Shown: positions 58,912 to 64,000 of the stretch, piece by piece
Numbering within the stretch: position 1 is the stretch's first letter
How the letters are laid out: the number at the start of each line of letters is the position of its first letter
DNA from: Microbotryum violaceum
Taxonomy: Eukaryota
Assembly (NCBI GenBank): GCA_001244265.2
Contig: CDLV01000007.1
Location: forward strand, 1,550,001 to 1,614,000
DNA: 64,000 nucleotides
Direction: 5' to 3'
The notes under the pieces: model-generated
Told to the model about the DNA's origin: nothing
The model's database searches: none
What the model saw: only the letters and a program-made list of their open reading frames with translations
Translations under genes and position numbers: made by a program

Positions 58912-61900
58912 TCAAATCATGACGACATCATCCCCTCCCTCTTCCTCCTGAGCCAACAACCTCTCAATCTCTCTACAATAATCCCCTAATCCTTCCCTCC
59001 CCAAGCTCTCCTTCAACCTCTCGCATTCCCCTGTCAGCGCATCCACGACTCCACTAACCAACTCCCGATCCATACCCTCCCTTCCCTCGAATCTAGGCCC
59101 TACTTCCTCTTCTCCTACACCGTATTCGGAAGCCGCTTCTTCCGGCCCTAAAACGACCTTCTGTTCCTCCCCCAACCCCTCCCCAACTTCCCTTCTCTTC
59201 AAATCTCTCAGCGTCCTGAACAACGTCGTCCCCATCAACGCTTGCACGAGCTCTTGATCGCTTAACCCCTCTTTAAGGGGAAGGTTGATTTGGTCCCAAG
59301 CGTCGGAGAGGTAGATCCTTCTCCAGATCGTTCGTAAAGCGGAGTCGTAGCGTTGATGAGGGAGGCTTGATTGAGAACGAAGGAGGATCTCGAGGGCTGT
59401 GCAATGGTCCGATGAGGCGGAAGAAGAAGGGGAAGGGATCAAGTTCGCCATGGGGAGTGTGAGAAGGTCGATCAAGTCTTCTGAACTTAGAGTTCGGGAG
59501 GTAAGAAGGTCCAAGGTGAGGTGATGGAAGAGGGATCGGAGGGCGTGAGGGAGGTGGGGGGTGAGGTTCTCGGTGATGGATTGGGCTTGGGTTGAGGGGG
59601 AGGCAAAGTTGAGCGAGGAGGGGAGGGTCGAGAGGAAGGATTGGTGCAGCATCGATTGGGTGTTGACGAGGTCGAGCTTGTCATCGAGAGCTAAAGCGCA
59701 GGCCGTTGACATTCAATTCCTTGCCACGCATGATGTGACGGGGTTAAAGAGGTGGCACTCACCTTCGATGGCTCGCTGCAAGCTCTCCGATCCTAGCGTT
59801 TCACGCGATGCTTGTGCGACTTGGGATAACTTGCCGAGGCTCAACATAATCTGTGAAACCGAATACTGGATCAGCTAAGGGATCAAAAGTGAAAGATGCC
59901 ATACCGATCCGATGAGGGAGTGATCACCTTCTTCTGCACGAGGTCAATCTCCTTCTGCGCTTCCGAGACGAGTGCCTCCGTGGCCTGTGCGTAGCGACCA
60001 ATCGCAATATCGTTAATCCACGAGATATCTGTCGCAAGAGGAAACGTCAGCACATAATACGAGGCTGACGCGGAGATACCCCTTGCTGACTTTGATTGTC
60101 CGTCATATCTAGATACTGCGTTAACAGCGGTCGGTAAACCTCATCCTGCTCCAACAACGTGCGGAACTGCCCCTTCTCGATGTAGAATTGGTACAACGGG
60201 AACGCGAACTCTTGTGCGTATTTGCGCAGGAAAAAATCCGTTCGAGCGGGAGAGCCTCGACGAGGGTCGGTGCATAGTTCGACCAGGCTGCGGAAGTCGC
60301 GATGACGTTCGGCCAGTTCGTACGCGTGCGTCACCTTGCCGATGTTGACTAGGTGTGGCATCAAGGGGATGTCAGCAACCACAATCTTTGCTTCCAAGCA
60401 CAGCAAACAAGATTGACGCACCAAGCATCTTGACGAACTTGGCGCGTTGAGCCAAATACCTCTCTGACCACTCCCTCGCCTTGACCGAATTCGGGTCCTC
60501 CCCCTCCCCCGTCTGAAGGAACAACAACCTCTCCTCGAACGCCGAAAAGGTCGCTTCCGCCAACCCGACCATCTGCTTCTTCAACTCCGCTTGCAGATTT
60601 TGTTGTTCGCTCGGTCCGGTGGCGCCAATGTTTTCCTCTTCCAATGATGAGCCCATTTCCCGGACGCGTTCGCGTAACAAAGCGTCGGTTTGTTCGAATT
60701 GCCATTGAAGCGCTTCAACGATTGAGGCTCTTGAGGACCAGGCTTCGAGGGGTAAGACCTCTTGGTCGAGCGCATACTGTGAACGCGTATCTTGACGATG
60801 CCGAGCGACGGCGGTAAAGACGAGAAGGTATGCCTGGTTCGCCTCGTGAATCATGCGCGAGCGTTGTTCGCTCCGCAGCGACGTATCGGACAACGCACGA
60901 CGAGCCAGCTGGTAGACTTCCTCCAATACGTTCGCGAACGAGGCGACTCGCGTCCGAAAGAAGAGACGAACGGGGTCGTCGACAATATCACCGGCCGAGT
61001 TCAAAAAGTTGGAGATCGCGTTCGAGAGCAGACCGAACGAGTCTGCTGCGCCCATGCGGGAATTCTGATGATGCCACAGAGCGACAGCTCCGGCGAGTCG
61101 CTCGGCATCCCAGCTGAGACGCCTTCTCGCACTCTGCGGGAGCTTTCCCAGCAATCCGTTCGAACCAATGTAGCCAATGAGGATCCTGGCACGAGACACA
61201 CGGTCGGCCAGTTGAGCCCTCAGGTCCATGATGTGGGGTGCATGGGGTGACGACGATGACGCGATCTGCGAGCTCACGGCTTCGGCGGCGAGGACCAAGT
61301 CGCCCTCAAAGTTGGGCGAGAGATCAAATGCCAACGGGTTTGTTGCATCGTCGGCACCAAAGTAAACGGTTTGCTCAATCTTGACCTTGAGCTGGCGGGT
61401 CTTGGCGGCTTCGGACGCGGGAGCGGCGTACGTCGCCAGGCTGGGTAAGGTCGCGCTGTTGAGCTGAAGGGATAGGATTGAGGGAGTAGAGGTCAAAAGC
61501 ACCAAAGGCTCGTTGACGTTGTTCGATCGAGACGAGTAGCCTAGGAAGCGGTTCGTGTTGTTTCGAAGCGGGAACGTCTCTTCAAACGCCGAGGTCGCTT
61601 CGAGCGACGTCACAATTACGGCGTCGACAAAGACAACAAAGGCGATAGAGTTGGGTCCGAGATTGATTTTGGGTGAAGAAAGAGGTCGGGGATCAACCGG
61701 AGCTTGATAGTGCAAGTGTCGGACCCCGACGACGTTGACGCCATGCTGCGCGTTTCCGATGTCGAGCAGCACGATCGAGTACGATAGCGACTTTGATGCC
61801 GCTGTGAGTGTGACGTGGGAGACTAGCAGCGCTAAATGGCCCGAAGCTGTGACAGCAGTGTCGAGGATCGTCGCACGTTGTTCGTTCGTGGCCCATGCCT

Positions 61901-63266
61901 CGTTGCCGACCTTGGCCCCCTCAAGCGCCTCGAGAATGCCGGCGAGCACGTCCTGCTCGACAATCAAACGCTCACTGCCATCGTCCCGCAGAGGCACATC
62001 CCAGACATGCACGTTCGTGTCGGTGACAGCATAGATGAGGTATTTGCCCCCGTCCGGTGTGGACGGGACGGGGGACACGGCAACGGAGAGGATGCCGGCG
62101 GTGGGATCAGCGGCGTTCTTGCCGCCAAAGACGGCGGACCAGACCGAGCCTGCCCATCCGACACTCCGCTCCAAGGGACGCACGTTGACGTCGACTCGAC
62201 CTCCGACCGAGGTGAGAGCGATCAGCAAGACACGCGAACGGCTGGTGCTGACGACGTACGAGGTCGGGGAGAGGGTCGTGAGTCCGCGGACGAGTTCGCC
62301 CTCGGTGAGGGAAAGAGATGCACCGAGGTAACGCTCAACGCCGGAAAGTGCCATGCTTAGAGCTTCCCAGAAACGAAGTTCACCGGTCGTCGACACGACC
62401 AGGAGACCGGGCTCTCGTCGAGACGAAGCGCTACCGGTCGAGGAAACGACGAAACTGGCGAACGAGAGGGGCGCATAGGTAGAAACGTTGCTAGGGAGCG
62501 AGTCGGTCCTGGGTAGTGGGAAGACGTAGGTTGCTGATGCACTCGAGCGCTAACCGACGGAAGCAGCCAAAGCGACAGAAAAAGTAGAGAGAGGTGAGCT
62601 CGTGTCTCTCGAGAGAGGAGCAAGACGGTTCAGCTTGGCGTGCTCACCTTTGTCCAGTTCCAGACAAAGCAGTATTCGCGCGTGACGAGGCACGCAAATC
62701 CAGTGGTGTGATCGAGTGTTGCACGGAAAGGATCGACGTAGGGATCTGGAAGATGGGAAGCTGGGGTCATCAGTGACTGAACGACGGGAAGGCAGAGCAA
62801 GGAAAGGGAAAGGGGACTGACCTGCACTCGAGACGATCTGCTGTACCTCCACGGGCAGTCCCTTCCGTTCGAGCACGACGTAATACTCATCCCTGACGAG
62901 CACCTTGTCGAGTGACTCTTCGGTAGGTCGTGAGCCCACAACGGAGCGTCGGTCGCCGTCGCCTCCCGCGTCGGACGAAGCTGCGATCGAGCTCTGTGCA
63001 CGACGACTCGAAGCTGCGATCGAGAGTGAGCGACCATAGCTCTGAGGAGCGGGTTGACCATAGATCCCTCTGCCGTACTGCGCCATGGATGGGTTGGCAT
63101 GCGAGCCGGCGAGGCTGGGTTCTGGTGAGGCTCGAGGCGTGGTCTCGCCCGACTGCAACGCCTGCGACGCCGCACGAGTCGCTGCACGAGACCCAGCACG
63201 TCGAGGTGTGCCCACCCGTCGGGGTGTGGTCGAGTTCGCAGGTGGTGTGCCCAGGCCCGAGTACAT
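58912..63266 (-). CDS. NUP133: Nucleoporin Nup133, multi-exon
   Basis: Disordered N-terminus, beta-propeller-like region (TGFACLV..CFVWNW, STTGELRFWE) and a helical C-terminus with AYELAERHRDFRSLVELC, SWINDIAIG, MLSLGKL and WRRIYLSDAW. Confidence 0.85.
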
Positions 63267-63545
63267 GGTTGAGGCGTGGATGTCGATCAGGCGCGCAAGG
63301 CGAGCTGCGAGTTGGCTGAGGGCAAGGAGCCACTAGCCACTTGCACCAGCGCGCTCGGAGGACTTGACTCTGATTGGGCAAATTTCTCCAGTTCACGATC
63401 GGCATCTCAATAGAACTGGGCACACGATCGCAACAGCTGATATTACAACACAATCCCCAAGACCATTCCAAAGACTCCTCCTCGACACATTCGCCAGTGA
63501 AAAACAGATACATAAAGTTCACTCATATTCCTCCCATGGGCTTCC

Positions 63546-64000
63546 TCAGGCGACCAATCCGTTCCACAGCGTGTTGGACCACGCGAAATCCGACGATTCC
63601 GCATCGAGTTGCACTGTGCGCACCTGGTCGCTCGCTTGAGATTCTGTTCCAAGACGTCGAAAGGTCAGCACGCGGTTTTGGTTCGCTTTTCGGGTTGAAC
63701 GCTTTCCCAGCAACGCGACTGCACTTACTGACGATGACACCTCGTACGGCACCGTCCTGTTCCTTGGGCATGAACCCGAGATTCCGGTACAGAGAAAGGC
63801 GAAGGCTATTTGAAGATCCGTCAAAGTAAGCACCGATCCCAAGCGAGTCTCCATCGCGCTCCTCAAAGAAAGGTTCGTCATCCTCAACTCACACTTCCGA
63901 ATTGAGTTCCGAAGCATGCACGACATCGGCATCCTCGTCCCTCAACTCTTGCTGCAACCTCGCCAACTCGGCCTGCAGCCTCGCGACGTTCTGCTCAAGC
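63546..64000 (-). CDS. SPC24: Kinetochore Ndc80-complex subunit Spc24, 3' part (runs off the window)
   Basis: Coiled coil LEQNVARLQAELARLQQEL, then spliced SLRLSLYRNLGF and DVRTVQLDAESSDFAWSNTLW, resembling the Spc24 C-terminal domain. Confidence 0.7.

Noticed and set aside
11826..64000. Mating-type locus or secondary-metabolite cluster
   Set aside because: No pheromone, receptor or homeodomain genes and no PKS, NRPS or terpene synthase. The MATE transporter and lipase alone do not make a cluster.

Overview
This is eukaryotic, GC-rich, intron-rich fungal DNA. The gene content and intron style suggest a basidiomycete yeast, probably Pucciniomycotina (inference). The first ~11 kb is a nest of transposons. 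A CACTA/EnSpm (CMC) DNA transposon (1000-10929) has 39-bp TIRs, subterminal repeats and a 3-bp TSD. Its transposase is split by a young, apparently complete Ty1/Copia LTR retrotransposon (2291-7258; 212-bp LTRs with 1 mismatch, ACTCA TSD). The CACTA element itself appears to sit inside a TGTAAGG...CCTTACA solo LTR. From 11.8 to 64 kb are ordinary spliced host genes: B-type cyclin, class-3 lipase, a large polyQ protein of unknown function, PAM17, DNA2, an Anp1/Mnn9-family glycosyltransferase, MLH1, two tandem Sfk1/Frag1-family paralogs, a MATE transporter, a P-loop ATPase, an unknown single-TM protein, a GRGGAGN-repeat (Par32/DUF3602-like) protein, UFD1, NUP133 and the 3' end of SPC24. I found no tRNA, rRNA or CRISPR, and no clearly new multi-gene system. 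The best leads are the three-level TE nest with its orphan second ORF, the non-canonical Copia LTR end, and the polyQ protein with an unnamed ordered domain. Multi-exon gene coordinates were deduced by eye and are approximate.
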